64,000 nt of DNA from an uncultured Verrucomicrobiales bacterium (GCA_938091905.1 CALKOM010000115.1:1-64000); one strand, 5' to 3'; positions 1-11,260 are shown, counted from the first letter of the stretch. Notes: generated by a model from the sequence alone, not told the origin. Made by a program: numbers and translations.

Positions 1-181
1 CCGGCGGCCCTGGTCTCGCCCCAGGGAGGACGCCATCAAAGCACATCTGAAGGGAGCCCTCCCATCACTCGAACCCAAACGACAAACACAGCGTTTTCCA
101 GCATTGACTCAAAGACAACGCAAGCCCTACAAATGCCTCACAACTCTAGTTTCTAACTGTCCACTACCTGGGGTCAGGTCA
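1..181 (+). mobile_element. Probable end of an IS3-family element; terminal inverted repeat at 157-181
   Basis: 157-181 ctgtccactacctggggtcaggtca (rc TGACCTGACCCCAGGTAGTGGACAG) has the TG...CCCC...GGACA look of IS3 ends. An open low-complexity frame stops just before it, and a 5'-truncated gene starts right after it. The transposase core is outside the window. Confidence 0.55.
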
Positions 182-182
182 G

Positions 183-385
183 TTGATCCTAGTCAATGCG
201 CTGGTCTTTGGCTGGGCACATGTCTTGTATGAAAAGGGCTGGGCGATCTTTTTCACCCTGATTGGCGGATGGCTTTTCGCAGAGACTTACCACCGGACTC
301 GCTTACTCCTGTCCGTGTGCCTGGAACATGCCCTCTACGGTTATTGGCTTTTTCTGTCGGATTAGGGAGCTACTTCCTTGGTTAG
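183..385 (+). pseudogene. CPBP/CAAX-protease (Abi) family membrane protein, C-terminal fragment
   Basis: FGWAH...GGWLFA..Y....L....EHALYG motifs. N-terminus missing. A frameshift in the T-run near 350 hides the tail SVGLGSYFLG*. Confidence 0.75.
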
Positions 386-398
386 GACGTCGAAGCCC

Positions 399-2861
399 CT
401 AGTGGTTGAAGAGAAACTCCTTGGTGTTGATCAGTGCCCAGAGGATGTCTTCGTAGGCTTGCTGTTCAGCTTCGTTGCGTTTCTCGTCTTCTTTTACAGC
501 GGCGAGTTTCTGGTCAAGGTACCCAGTGGCGACGGCTAGTTCTTCCGTCTTTGGAGGTCTGGCAAACGCACGGAGGTAGAGGTCTTTGATCTTGGATTCG
601 GTAGGTCGATCCGCATCTTTGGTTAAGGCGGACGCTCGGCCATCGGTGTGGGCGAGCTTGTCTTGGATGCCTTTGGAGTTTAGCAGATGGAGGCTCTGCG
701 CGAGGTTGGCATCTTGGGTGCGTTCGCATTCGCAGGCGCTGTCCATCTCGGGGCGGCCGAAGACCGTGAGAAAGTAGGAGTCGGAGTTGAAGCTGTCGTC
801 TGGGAGCTGCACGGCTCGTGTGGAGATAGGCTGGCCTGGGAAGTTGGTAGGGACGTTGGTGAGATTGTCGATTGAGTCTAATAAGACTTCAGCCGTAAGT
901 CGACGCGGATAAAAGCGGGAGTAGTTCTGCTTGTCACTTTGGTTGTATTCATTGGGCGTGGCACTGAGTTGGTAGGTCTGTGAGTTACAGATCGTGCGCA
1001 CGATCTTCTTGAGATCGAATTTGCTGTCGACGAAGCTGTCTGCTAAAGCGTCGAGCAGTGCTGGATTGGTGGCGGGGTTGGTGACGCGCATGTCGTCTTC
1101 CGGCTCGACTAGAGCGCGACCGAAGAAGTGTTTCCAATAACGATTTACTAACATTCTGGCGAGGAATGGGTTGTTCTCGCCGCCCATCCACTTGGCAAGT
1201 TCTTCCCGAGGATCGTCATCGTCGCTGAGATCGAGCATGGGTTCACCGAGAGGCATGGGTCCTACCTTTTCCTTCGTCTTGGGATGCTCGGCCTGGGCCT
1301 TGCCAGGGCGGTGGAAGATGAGTTGTTCGCCCGGCTGGAGGCCGGGCTTCTTGCCGACTTGGGAGAAGAATGCGGAGAAGCCGTAGTAGTCTTTCTGGCT
1401 CCATTTCTCGTATGGGTGATGGTGGCATTGCGCACACTGCAAACGCACGCCGAGGAAGACTTGGGCCACGTCCTGAAGTTGTTCCTCACGCTTGTTCACG
1501 GCGCGAAACCAGGCGACTGCAGGATTGTGACCGACCTCACCAGTTGCGGCTACGATGCGACTGACAAACTGATCAAAGGGCAAGTTCTCGTGTAGGCTTT
1601 GGCGCACCCAGGCATGGAAGGCGTAGTTGCCACGTTTGTCGGCGGGGGTCTTTCGCTTGTTGCGGAGAATGGCGCTCCACTTGTTGGCAAAGTAATCGGC
1701 GTAGTCCGTGCCTCTGAGTAATTCGTCGACCCAGAGTTCGCGTTTGTTAGGTGCGGCATTGGCGAGGAAGGCCTTCGATTCTTCCGGCTCTGGCAACCGT
1801 CCTGCGATGTCTAATGTGACACGGCGGAGAAAGGTGGGGTCATCGCATGGCTCAGAGGCAGGTAGCCCAAGCGTTTTTAGCTTTGAATAAACGAGATCAT
1901 CAATGAAATTCCGAACGGGTGGCAAGGTGTCGACGGGCGCACCTAAAGGAATTGTGGCGCGGAAGACATCGACGAGTTCTTGAAAACGAATCATCACGGC
2001 GATGTCGCCCGTTTGATTTCCCATCGTGACGAGGCCGCTCTCGTTTACTTCGGCCATGTCTTTCTGATTCGACTCGTATTGTACGACACGGGTGACGTCT
2101 TTCGTCGAGCCGTCGTTATAGTGTGCCGTGACTTGAAGTTGTTGATGGGCTTCTGGTTCGGTGATGCACTCCCTGGGAAAGACCTCGAGGCGCTCGACAA
2201 TGGGATCAGATTCTTTCCCGTAGGGCATCCCTTGCTCGATCCAGCGGACGAGCGTTTGGTATTCGGGCGAGTCCTTGGAGAGGCGAGAGCCGCCCCCATG
2301 GGGGAGTTCGCCCGTAGCTTTGCGCAGAAGAAGGCTGTGGTGTGGTGCTGCTGGAAAGAGGCGTCGTCCTCGGCCTTCTTTGACCAGGTAATCGAAGTCT
2401 TCCAAGGGGCCGAAGCCTAACAAAGATAATTTGAAGTTGTTCTGTCCGCCGGACTTGCCATGGCATCCACCACCGTTGCAGCCGAACTTGGTGAACAAAG
2501 GCACCACTTCGTTAGGGAAATTGATCGCTTGTATGGTTTCCACTTCAGCAACTTCGACCGTCGTCGTTGCTTTCAATCCGCCGATCTGTGCGGTGACTGT
2601 TGTCTTGCCATTCTGGTTGGGTTTGACCTCGCCAGCGCCATCAATGCGGATCGTTTCAGCGGGTTCAGCTACGAACTCGACTTCGCGGGTGACATCTTTC
2701 TGGGAACCGTCCGGTAACGTGGCCGTGACCACGAGTTGTTGACTCGAATCAGGGCCTAGCAGAGTAGCGTCTCTACCCGTGTGAATAGAGAGTTCAGAGT
2801 ATGGCGCGCCATGGACAGTCAGAGTGACGCTCGATAAGAGGAGGATTAGAAGGCGGATCAT
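399..2861 (-). CDS. DUF1549/DUF1553 protein with two Ig-like (Big_2-type) domains, secreted
   Basis: Signal peptide; GCNGGGCHG; FLRRVTLDIAGRLP; CAQCHHHPYEKW; VNRYWKHFFGR; C-terminal EFLFNH. Confidence 0.92.
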   Translation of the reverse strand: MIRLLILLLSSVTLTVHGAPYSELSIHTGRDATLLGPDSSQQLVVTATLPDGSQKDVTREVEFVAEPAETIRIDGAGEVKPNQNGKTTVTAQIGGLKATTTVEVAEVETIQAINFPNEVVPLFTKFGCNGGGCHGKSGGQNNFKLSLLGFGPLEDFDYLVKEGRGRRLFPAAPHHSLLLRKATGELPHGGGSRLSKDSPEYQTLVRWIEQGMPYGKESDPIVERLEVFPRECITEPEAHQQLQVTAHYNDGSTKDVTRVVQYESNQKDMAEVNESGLVTMGNQTGDIAVMIRFQELVDVFRATIPLGAPVDTLPPVRNFIDDLVYSKLKTLGLPASEPCDDPTFLRRVTLDIAGRLPEPEESKAFLANAAPNKRELWVDELLRGTDYADYFANKWSAILRNKRKTPADKRGNYAFHAWVRQSLHENLPFDQFVSRIVAATGEVGHNPAVAWFRAVNKREEQLQDVAQVFLGVRLQCAQCHHHPYEKWSQKDYYGFSAFFSQVGKKPGLQPGEQLIFHRPGKAQAEHPKTKEKVGPMPLGEPMLDLSDDDDPREELAKWMGGENNPFLARMLVNRYWKHFFGRALVEPEDDMRVTNPATNPALLDALADSFVDSKFDLKKIVRTICNSQTYQLSATPNEYNQSDKQNYSRFYPRRLTAEVLLDSIDNLTNVPTNFPGQPISTRAVQLPDDSFNSDSYFLTVFGRPEMDSACECERTQDANLAQSLHLLNSKGIQDKLAHTDGRASALTKDADRPTESKIKDLYLRAFARPPKTEELAVATGYLDQKLAAVKEDEKRNEAEQQAYEDILWALINTKEFLFNH

Positions 2862-4198
2862 TAGATGACTTCAGGAAGGGGCTTATAATTCGTGTCGACC
2901 AGGAACTGCGGGCGTCCCGTGAGATCTGGAATGGTCGTCGTGTTTGGATCAATCCCCATGTTGTGGTAAAGGGTGGCAAACATCTCTTGGAAGTGGACAC
3001 CGCGCTCGGTGGCTTCGCCGCCTAACCGATCGGTCTTACCAATGACTTGGCCAGTGTTCATGCCGCCACATGCGAGCAGGGCATTGGCCACGCGCGGCCA
3101 GTGGTCACGACCACCTTGAGCATTGATCGTCGGAGTGCGACCAAACTCACCCCAAGCGAGCACGGTCGTGTCGTCTGCCATGCCACGTTGATGCAAGTCT
3201 TCGATCAAGGCGCTGAGCGCCTGGTCGAAGTCGGGGAAATTCTCCTTGGCTCTCTTGAAATTCGATCCATGCCAGTCCCAGAAACTGTAGCTCAGAGTAA
3301 CCACACGAGCGCCTGCTTCAACGAGGCGTCGGGCGATCAGGAACTGCTCATTCAAGCGCGGAGCGGCGTCCCCCTGCTCCTTCTCAGTGCCTTTGCCATA
3401 GCGAGCACGAATGGCAGGATCTTCTTTCCCGATATCTAGTGCCTCTAACAGACGACTTGAGGTGAGCACGTCGAAAGCTTGTTCATTAAACGAATCGAGC
3501 CCTTCCATCATTCCGCTGTGATCGACTTCCCTCCGGAACTGATCGAAGCTGCGGAGCAGGTTTTTGCGGTCACCGAGCCGTTCCAACGAGATGTCATTGA
3601 GCGCCATGTCGCTCTTGATTTCACCCGCGGGGCTGAATGGCATGTGGCCCATGCCGAGGAAGCTATTCTTGCCGAAGTTGTAGGGCGTGTGCCTCATCTT
3701 CGGAGAAAGATTTACATATGGTGGCGAGACGGAAAGGGGATCGCCATGTAGACGCGAAAGCGTGGACCCGAGTTCGGGCCAACCGCCAGGAGGTTGGTTG
3801 TTCGGGCTTCGACCGGTCATGCACTGGAACGAAGCATGTTGTCCGACCGAGCCGACGAGCGAATTCACGAAGACGCACTTGTCAGCGATGGACGCGAGGT
3901 GCGGCAGGTGTTCGCAAATGCGAATACCGGGCACTTTTGTAGAGATGGGCTTGAATTCGCCACGCACTTCGGAAGGCGCGTCCATCTTCAGGTCATACAT
4001 GTCCTGATGCGGTGGCCCGCCTGGCATGTAGATCATGATGATTGCTTTGCGAGAACTCCCCTTGCCAGCTTGCTGCTCGGCACGGAGGAGTTGAGGCAAG
4101 GAAAGGCCGCCCAAGCCGAGCGCGCCTACCTTAATGAAATTGCGCCTCGATTGCTGATCACAGAAGGCGCCCCGGGATTCTCCAAAGATATTTAACAT
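2861..4198 (-). CDS. DUF1501 domain protein
   Basis: SRRNF twin-Arg leader, [34 protein letters not shown]. Confidence 0.93.
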   Translation of the reverse strand: MLNIFGESRGAFCDQQSRRNFIKVGALGLGGLSLPQLLRAEQQAGKGSSRKAIIMIYMPGGPPHQDMYDLKMDAPSEVRGEFKPISTKVPGIRICEHLPHLASIADKCVFVNSLVGSVGQHASFQCMTGRSPNNQPPGGWPELGSTLSRLHGDPLSVSPPYVNLSPKMRHTPYNFGKNSFLGMGHMPFSPAGEIKSDMALNDISLERLGDRKNLLRSFDQFRREVDHSGMMEGLDSFNEQAFDVLTSSRLLEALDIGKEDPAIRARYGKGTEKEQGDAAPRLNEQFLIARRLVEAGARVVTLSYSFWDWHGSNFKRAKENFPDFDQALSALIEDLHQRGMADDTTVLAWGEFGRTPTINAQGGRDHWPRVANALLACGGMNTGQVIGKTDRLGGEATERGVHFQEMFATLYHNMGIDPNTTTIPDLTGRPQFLVDTNYKPLPEVI

Positions 4199-4204
4199 GA
4201 TCGG

Positions 4205-5545
4205 TTAGACCAGCTCAGGCATGGGGTTGAATTCCTGATCGACAAGGAAACGAGGACGGCCTGAAAGGTCGTTCACCGTCGTGGCTTTCACATCGATACC
4301 CGCATTGTGATAGAGCGTGGCAAAGACTTCTTGGAAATCGACTGGGCGGTCTACGGCTTCGCCGCCCAAGCGATCGGTCGCGCCGATGATCTGGCCGTGA
4401 TTCATTCCGCCGCAAGCCAACAACGCTGTCGACACGCGTGGCCAGTGATCGCGACCGGCTTGGGGGTTGATCTTTGGCGTCCTACCAAATTCTCCCCATA
4501 CGATGACTGAAACGTCTTTGTCTAAGCCACGCTGATGCAAGTCCTCCACTAGCGCACTTACCCCCTGATCGAGCATTGGGAAATCCGTGCGGGCGCGGCC
4601 AAAGTTATTCCCATGCCAATCCCAGCGACTGAACGCTAGGGTCACACAGCGAACGCCAGCCTCAACTAGGCGGCGCGCCATGAGAAACTGATCGAGCCGT
4701 TTCCAAGGACCATCCGCGGTAGGCTTCTCTGTTCCTTTGCCATAGCGATCGCGCACTTTGGGATCCTCGTCGTCCAGATTCAGGGCCTTGGCGAGTTGAC
4801 TGGACGTGAGGACACCGAAGGCCTCTTGTGTGAAGCTATCCATCCCTGACATCATGCCCGAGGCATCAGCCTGACGGCGGAACTGATCGAAGCTTTGCAA
4901 GAGACCTTTGCGATCATGCAAGCGTTCTAGTGAAATCCCGTTAAGTACCATGTCCTCACTGCCGCCGCCATTGGGTTGGAACGGCGCGCACGCGGGACCC
5001 ATGAAACCGGCTTGGCCCGGATCGCCCCAGGGCTTGTGCGCAGTCTTTGGCGATAGCCCGACGAAAGCAGGGATACCGGTCTTGGCATTCCCTTGGAGGC
5101 CATTCATGACAGAGCCAATCGACGGCCAGCCGCCTGGAGGCGCATTGCGTGGCGAACGTCCGCTGAAACACTGATAGGCATCATGCCCTCCGTGCGCGCC
5201 TACGATCGACCGGATATAGCTCAACTTGTCAGAAATCTTGGCCAACTGTGGGAAGAGTTCGCAGATTTCGATCCCAGGAACGTTTGTTTTGATGGGAGAG
5301 AATTCCCCGCGAATCTCCGAGGGTGCATCCATTTTCAGGTCCCACATGTCCTGGTGTGGCGGCCCGCCAGCCAGGAAGATCATGATCACCGAGTTTTGAG
5401 TCTTGCCGTTCCCAGCCTGTGCCTCCGCATTCAATAACTGCGGCATGGCCAGTCCCCCTAGGCCTAGCGAGCCGATGCGAAGAAAGCCACGACGTGAAAC
5501 GCCGTCGCAGAAGCGTTCTTCAGAATCTCCTTGAATGGTAAGCAT
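4205..5545 (-). CDS. DUF1501 domain protein (tandem paralog)
   Basis: [35 protein letters not shown]. Confidence 0.93.
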   Translation of the reverse strand: MLTIQGDSEERFCDGVSRRGFLRIGSLGLGGLAMPQLLNAEAQAGNGKTQNSVIMIFLAGGPPHQDMWDLKMDAPSEIRGEFSPIKTNVPGIEICELFPQLAKISDKLSYIRSIVGAHGGHDAYQCFSGRSPRNAPPGGWPSIGSVMNGLQGNAKTGIPAFVGLSPKTAHKPWGDPGQAGFMGPACAPFQPNGGGSEDMVLNGISLERLHDRKGLLQSFDQFRRQADASGMMSGMDSFTQEAFGVLTSSQLAKALNLDDEDPKVRDRYGKGTEKPTADGPWKRLDQFLMARRLVEAGVRCVTLAFSRWDWHGNNFGRARTDFPMLDQGVSALVEDLHQRGLDKDVSVIVWGEFGRTPKINPQAGRDHWPRVSTALLACGGMNHGQIIGATDRLGGEAVDRPVDFQEVFATLYHNAGIDVKATTVNDLSGRPRFLVDQEFNPMPELV

Positions 5546-5766
5546 GCATGCAATGAGCCCGGTGAAAAAGGGCTAGCTTATTGAACATCAAGGACTGCGG
5601 AAGGTTGCGGGCTAGTCCCACGAGTAAGCGATGAGAGGGATCTCGAATGCACCAACAACCACCTCCAAGGGACCCGCCAACTCAGGCAAAAGTTGGTGGC
5701 GCTCGAATTTCTTGAATAGAGATCGTCTTCAATCATCGCTTCCGCGCCGGACGAGCGGCTGCAGCG

Positions 5767-6386
5767 ATGGCGCACTTTACAGAATCCGACGAAATGCAGT
5801 TCACGAATACTCTGCTTGCCGCGATGAAAGACACTGAGTTTGCGGGCATCGATTTTAGTCCTCTGCCGACGGCCCAGGCAGGCATGGATGAGGTTTTCAT
5901 CAAGATCTTAAGTAAAACCAACCAGACGGAGCGGAAGCGTCTATACGCGCTCTTGTTAGACAGTATCACACCTGCGCAGGCACCGTTGCTTATGGAATCG
6001 ATGCGCTTGCGCGGCCGATTGGGTGTTCCTGGCCATGAAGAGCATCGCTGGTTGTTAGATCGTTGGGGTGACATCGATGGTGAAACGGCTACGGGTTGGG
6101 CATTCAAGATCGGTGTTGATGATGGTTACAAGTCAACGCATGGCCCCAATATTCTGATTAAAGCGTGGACTCGAAACGAGCCGGAAGCGGCCCTGAATTG
6201 GCTGGCATCGCAGAAGGAGATTCCCCTGAAAATGGCATGGGTGAGGGGTTGTTAGCGGGGATCATGGACTCCCACTCTGACAAGGCTCCTGCATTCCTCG
6301 AAGCCATGAAAGCGACCCCTACCGAGCGGACACAGGCATATCAGCTTATGAGCACACGGATCTCAAGGATGGAGGGAGCAGAGTAA
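5767..6386 (+). pseudogene. Degraded hypothetical helical-repeat protein
   Basis: ORF 5767-6255 (W..IDGETA..WA, AW...EPEAAL.W) continues in another frame (LLAGIMDSH...) to 6386; no clean start. Confidence 0.5.
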
Positions 6387-6508
6387 CTCGATGCCAGGCC
6401 AGGTGGGCTGAGTTGCCAGAGGAGACTCCCGGACGCGAGAAGATTTTACTGTCTAACATTCAAACGTCGGGAGATGTGGATATTAGTGATTAGGCGGGTC
6501 TCTTAGAG

Positions 6509-7387
6509 ATGGCAACCGCATTGCTGACAATCACGGCGAACGCGGTTAGTCGACCCTTTGGTCAGGCGAATCCCATGTTGACCGCGACGATCACGGGGTG
6601 GGCATACGGTGACGGCGCACCCGTGTTCATTTCTCCCCTGCAGTGGGACACAGTGGTGGCAGTGGACTCAGGCGTTGGTAAATAAACCATCGTGCCGAGC
6701 GGAGCCGTCTCGGAGTTCTATAGTATCGACTTCGTTCCCGGTGTCCTAACGATTGTTCGAGTCGATCAGTCAATCGTGTTTCCTGAGAACGACGAGGTGG
6801 TCTTGGACCGGGAGCCGGTGACAGGGGCGCTTGAAGCAACCAGTTCCTCAGGATTGCCTGCCACCTTCACGTTGTTAGAGGGTGATGCGAGCCTTGTCGG
6901 AAACACCTTAACGATCAGCGTGCCTGGAAGCCTTGCGATCACGGCCAGCCAAGCGGGCGATGCGTCGTGGAATGCCGCAGCTAACGTTGTTCGGCATGTT
7001 GACGTCACCGTTCGAGGCGTGATCGCGGATATGAATGGCGATGGTTTGCCAGACGCTTTTGAAGCGAGGTACTTCGCCGATAACACAAGTGCTGATCCCA
7101 ATGCTGACGATAACCATGACCTATTCAGTAATCGCGCCGAATGGTTATTTGGGACGAGCCTGATCGACCGTCGATCTCTGCCCATGGTTCAGTTCGATGC
7201 GTTCGAGCAATCGGTTTCTATTGAAACGATGATTGAGCGTCGCCATGTGCTTGAAGTCTCAAGTGATCTCACAGAGTTCGAAGCTTTTGGAGATTCGCAA
7301 TTGGGGACTGGGGATGCCCTCAACTTCGCTGAGCTTCCGCAAGGAAATGGGTTCCAAGCCTTCCGCATTCGAGTCTTGGAAGAATAG
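6509..7387 (+). pseudogene. MBG/Ig-like surface protein remnant with acidic DxxxDG repeat and terminal module
   Basis: From ATG 6509: LTITANAVSRPFGQANP.LTATITG (MBG-like), then in-frame TAA 6683-6685, then the same frame continues as ORF 6692-7387 (QSIVF, ATSSSGLP, TASQAGD, DMNGDGLPDAFE). Confidence 0.7.
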
Positions 7388-7494
7388 CGACTCTCTGCTT
7401 CGATGGTGCATGGGCTTGCCTGCGTGGTTTAAGTCGATGTGCGGCCAGATGAAGGGAGGTTGATCGATGCCACGATATGGGTCAGTCTTGGGGT

Positions 7495-8436
7495 ATGCGA
7501 CGTTTCTGGAGATGGTTACCACGGTGGGTACGTAGGTTACTGAAAGCCATCTTGGCGCTTGTGGTGTGCGTTCTCCTGTTGGTGGCGGCCCTCTATTTTT
7601 ACGCCCATCCTAGCATCACGCGAATCGATGGCGTCGTGTATGGCACGCGCGGTGGAGAAGACTTGACGATCGATGTCCTCACGCCGAAACGGCCTAACGG
7701 GTTGGGCGTAGCCGTCATGGTGAGCGGTGGCTGGAAATCGGGTGGTGCGGGATCTTTGGACACTTGGTTGGTAGCGCCGCTGTTGCGAGGCGGTTACACC
7801 GTCTTTGCAGTCTGTCATATTTCTCAACCGCAGGCCACGGTGATGGATGCCATCACCGATGTGAACCGTGGGATCCGTTTCATTCGGCATCATGCCGCAG
7901 TCTATGGAATCGATCCCGATCGTATCGGCGTCACTGGAGGGAGCGCGGGTGGACACTTGAGCCTCATGTTAGCCACACGCGGTGGGCCGGGATCTATGGG
8001 CGCCGCCGATCCGATCGATCGTGAGAGTAGTGCGGTTCAAGCCGTGGCCATCTTCTTTCCCGTGACGGACTTGCTAAACCTCGGGACCTCGACCGAGAAC
8101 CCTGGCGACGGCGGACCGCCGATCTCTTTCGTCAAAGGCTTCGGTCCCGACGCGCTCGACATGCCCAAATGGAAAGTCATTGGTCGGGAATCCTCACCGA
8201 TCTACCATATCCACCTTAACATGCCTCCCATTCTGATTCATCATGGCGACAAAGACACCCTGACGCCTTTGGAGCAAAGCACGTGGTTTCAAGAACGGGC
8301 CAAGGAGCAGGGTGTCGATGTGACTGTGAAGGTGCAACCCGGTGGCGAGCACGGCTGGTTGAGCATGTCTTGGGACATCTGGCAATTCGCTCGTTGGTTT
8401 GACGCGCATCTGAAGCCGCCTCACTCTACTGAATAG
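7495..8436 (+). CDS. Alpha/beta hydrolase (esterase/lipase-like), N-terminal membrane anchor
   Basis: VSGGW oxyanion motif, GGSAGGHL nucleophile elbow, HGDKD, GEHGW. Confidence 0.9.
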   Translation: MRRFWRWLPRWVRRLLKAILALVVCVLLLVAALYFYAHPSITRIDGVVYGTRGGEDLTIDVLTPKRPNGLGVAVMVSGGWKSGGAGSLDTWLVAPLLRGGYTVFAVCHISQPQATVMDAITDVNRGIRFIRHHAAVYGIDPDRIGVTGGSAGGHLSLMLATRGGPGSMGAADPIDRESSAVQAVAIFFPVTDLLNLGTSTENPGDGGPPISFVKGFGPDALDMPKWKVIGRESSPIYHIHLNMPPILIHHGDKDTLTPLEQSTWFQERAKEQGVDVTVKVQPGGEHGWLSMSWDIWQFARWFDAHLKPPHSTE

Positions 8437-8437
8437 C

Positions 8438-9520
8438 ATGAAGAGCGTGTTTTTAATCCATCTCAGGGCCATACTCCTAACGATTGTCCTTACGACTACT
8501 GCGGAGGAAGCCAAACCAGACTTGGCCGCGAATTGGTAACGGGCGGTGGCGCATCTGGAAGGACTTGGGTTCCAGAATCCTAGCGGGTTGCCCTATTATG
8601 TGGCCGACGTGGATTCGAGTGAGATCTTTGAGGATCGCCAGTTTCGCTCGTCGACTGGCAAGCCCAAGCGCCTCACCTCGAGGGGCTGGCTCTTACCAGA
8701 GGCAGGCGATGAACCCGCCCAAAGGCAGCGAGCCATTGCTTGGAATGGGCATGTCTACTCTGTGCAACAGCTAGGTCCGAAGGCGTCTTTGAAATAGGAT
8801 GTGAGCGCTATGCGCGAACAGCGCATGTATCCACCGAAACTGCTACCGTAGGTCGATTCACTGGATTTATCGTTCTCTAGCCCTATTGCGGTGGTGTTGC
8901 TGCTTCAGTTAGACGAGGGTGCCTTGGCCCAGTCGCTCCGAGACTACAATAGGGCGATGGAGCTCTGCCTCAGCCTCGCCATGACTTGGTTATACGCGGG
9001 AGTGGAGGTCATGTTTCATGCCTATCATCGGGGCGAAGATGCTGGGGCGACGTCGTTGGCTAAGCAGCTGGTGAACTGTCAGAGTTTTATTCAATCGGAG
9101 CTAGACCGTCTCGGACTCAACCGACGGCTAAGCTCGAACCCTCCGAGGACGGCGTTTCTCCGCATCGCCGAGGATGTGGCGTATGGGGAGCGGCCACCCC
9201 TGGCGCAGAACTTGGTTCTTGAAGGTACATTCGTAGAAGATTTAATTGCGCTCAATCCTAACATACGCGTTTATCAAAACAAACATTATCGCAAGTTGTC
9301 CGTGTCCAAGTCTCCGATCTACAGAGCGCTGCGTTTTTGCGGAGATGCTGCTATTCCTGGACTGGTCGAGTGCTTGAGGAATGACCAACGCTCGACCCGA
9401 TCAATCTACCACAAAAGCCCTCTATTCAATCGCAAGATTCTTCCCGTGCACGTCGTTGCTAAACTGTTGTTAGATGAGATCACCGGGCCGAAGGTTACCG
9501 TGGGTGCTGCCAACTACTAA
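8438..9520 (+). pseudogene. Secreted hypothetical protein interrupted by three in-frame stops
   Basis: ATG 8438 with signal peptide. ORFs 8546 and 8891 are in the same frame. Stops at TAA 8537, TAG 8795, TAG 8849. Confidence 0.7.
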
Positions 9521-9538
9521 GCCTACGAGGCCTCGCCG

Positions 9539-9580
9539 GAAGTGCGAAGTGCGAAGTGCGAAAGGCGAAAGGCGAAAGTG
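9539..9580 (+). repeat. Heptamer tandem repeat (GAAGTGC)x3 (GAAAGGC)x2 GAAAGTG
   Basis: Read directly from sequence. Confidence 0.85.
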
Positions 9581-10062
9581 AATAGAATCGAGGCCTATTT
9601 GGAACGGCCCGCGGGCCAGCGGAAGATTCCTTTGGTCACCGAGTTGCCAGAAGAGGTGTTTGAGCATCCTTACTACCCTTGGCCCAAGGTTGAGGGGCTC
9701 GCCCCCAAGGGCTGCAGTAGATGCAGGTTGATCTGAGAGAGATGACCGAGCTTCACGCCATCTGGCTCTTTCATTGGACGAAAGGTTACTCCTTGGTAAA
9801 CGATGTCGTGGTTCAAGTTCCCAATGATCCAAAGTTCGAAGACGATTCGGTGTGCACCTTGTTTAACAATGATCGGGACGGCTCGTCAGGTCTTGGCGAA
9901 GGCGATGATGTGCCTTACATGGACTCTCATCGCGGGTGGGTGATTGATGCTAAGCAGGTGCCCACCCGCTTCCTAAGATGTTACAGCGCGGGCAGTGAAA
10001 TCAGTAACGGCAATCTCTATGTGGAGATCGAAGCGTGGGGACGCGAGCCCGAGGGATCCTAA
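9578..10062 (+). pseudogene. Discoidin/galactose-binding-like domain protein remnant
   Basis: GLQ*MQVDL (TAG 9718-9720 where Trp is expected), DVVVQV..DP.F, FNNDRDGSSGLG, RFLRCYS, YVEIEAWG; frameshift upstream. Confidence 0.6.
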
Positions 10063-10120
10063 CTTTGCTAGCCGAAGGCGATAGGAATGTCGCTTCGTCG
10101 TGTAGCATCGGACCAGGAAG

Positions 10121-11080
10121 TCACTTTCGCTTGGCTTCCACTCGAAGGAAGTCGCGCTTTTCACTGCCTGGTTCGATCACACTTGCGGCGTAGGCGAGGA
10201 AGGTGCCCGTGCCATCAAAGATACGCTCAAGCTTCACCCATTCAACACGCGAATCCGCCGATAGCCAAGTGGCGAGATCTTGTGAGCGAAGGCAGTCATA
10301 CTCGACTGTGGCGCCGGCTCGGCGTTTCATGACGAGTCCGCGCCAAGTGTCGCCATTCTCATCACGGCTTGCCCATGCGAAGGACTGGGGAATGGACGTG
10401 GCCACGCGCGGATTGGAGCCGAAGGCATACTCTGTGAAGTTGTTATACCCATCGCCATCGGGATCGTCGTTTGAGCCTGACGTTAATGCTAGTTCCTGCA
10501 AATAGAGTACCTCCCAATCGTCCCGTAGCCCGTCTTCATCTAGATCTTGTACACCCGCTTCCTTTAACAGTAAGGCCTTGAGACTGGTACGGTTGTCAGG
10601 CAAACCGAGATCATGGCTGGTGAGATTGTAAACCTCGGCCAGTTCTTGTTGGGAGCTAACGATGCGAACATCTCGGTAATCGACGTTCCAGGAACTCCAC
10701 AGTCTGGACAGATCCGAGTCTTGCAGCCAAGGGAGCGATCGCAAACCGGTGACGAGTGCGTTGTTACCAGCCTGGTCGCTTCGATTGACGCCGATAATTT
10801 CTACGTTTAACCCTGGGTTTTCCGCCTGAAGTTCTGTTAGGATATCTTCTAGGTGCGCGAACTGCGCACGGCAATACGATCATCCCGCCGAACCAAAGTA
10901 ATACGCACTGATCTGCAAACGGTAGTCCTCGGGAGAAACCATCTGCCCATACCGGACGGATCTGGGGCTGAGGTCTTCAAGGGAGAACGAGGGAACGGGC
11001 TCGGCCCACCCCGTCAAAGAGGACATGGTCCAGCACGTGATCAGGGCAAGGGTTCGTGGTTTCCAGGAGTCTTGATTCAT
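10121..11080 (-). CDS. Putative exported selenoprotein: thioredoxin-fold (redoxin/AhpC-TSA-like, UxxC) plus acidic repeat and terminal surface module; 319 aa with Sec67
   Basis: ORFs 10880-11080 and 10121-10744 are one frame broken only by TGA 10880-10882: YYFGSAG-U-SYC-RAQFAHLE...IEIIGVN-like strand (VEIIGVN)...LPWLQD...WNVDYRDV. SECIS-like hairpin downstream. Confidence 0.75.
10853..10869 (-). promoter_or_regulatory. Candidate bacterial SECIS hairpin
   Basis: mRNA: UGA + 10 nt + GUGCGC-AGUUC-GCGCAC (perfect 6-bp stem, GU in the loop, loop 16 nt from UGA). Confidence 0.65.
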
Positions 11081-11260
11081 GACACGATCAACAAGGTAAC
11101 CAAAGTACTGCCCTTGGCAATGGGTCAGTTTTTACTGCTTACAGGTGGATTCGGCCAGTCTGGTGGTTGCTTGAAAGCGGATGTTTGGAGTGACCTGACC
11201 TCCTCGATCCGAGGCCACAGCGAGCGTTGGTCGGCATCGCGATGAACGGACCTGCACGTC

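Noticed and set aside
9539..9580. Heptamer repeat, and the 21-bp duplication at 63264, as CRISPR or iteron arrays
   Set aside because: No spacers, too few units, and no cas or rep genes nearby.
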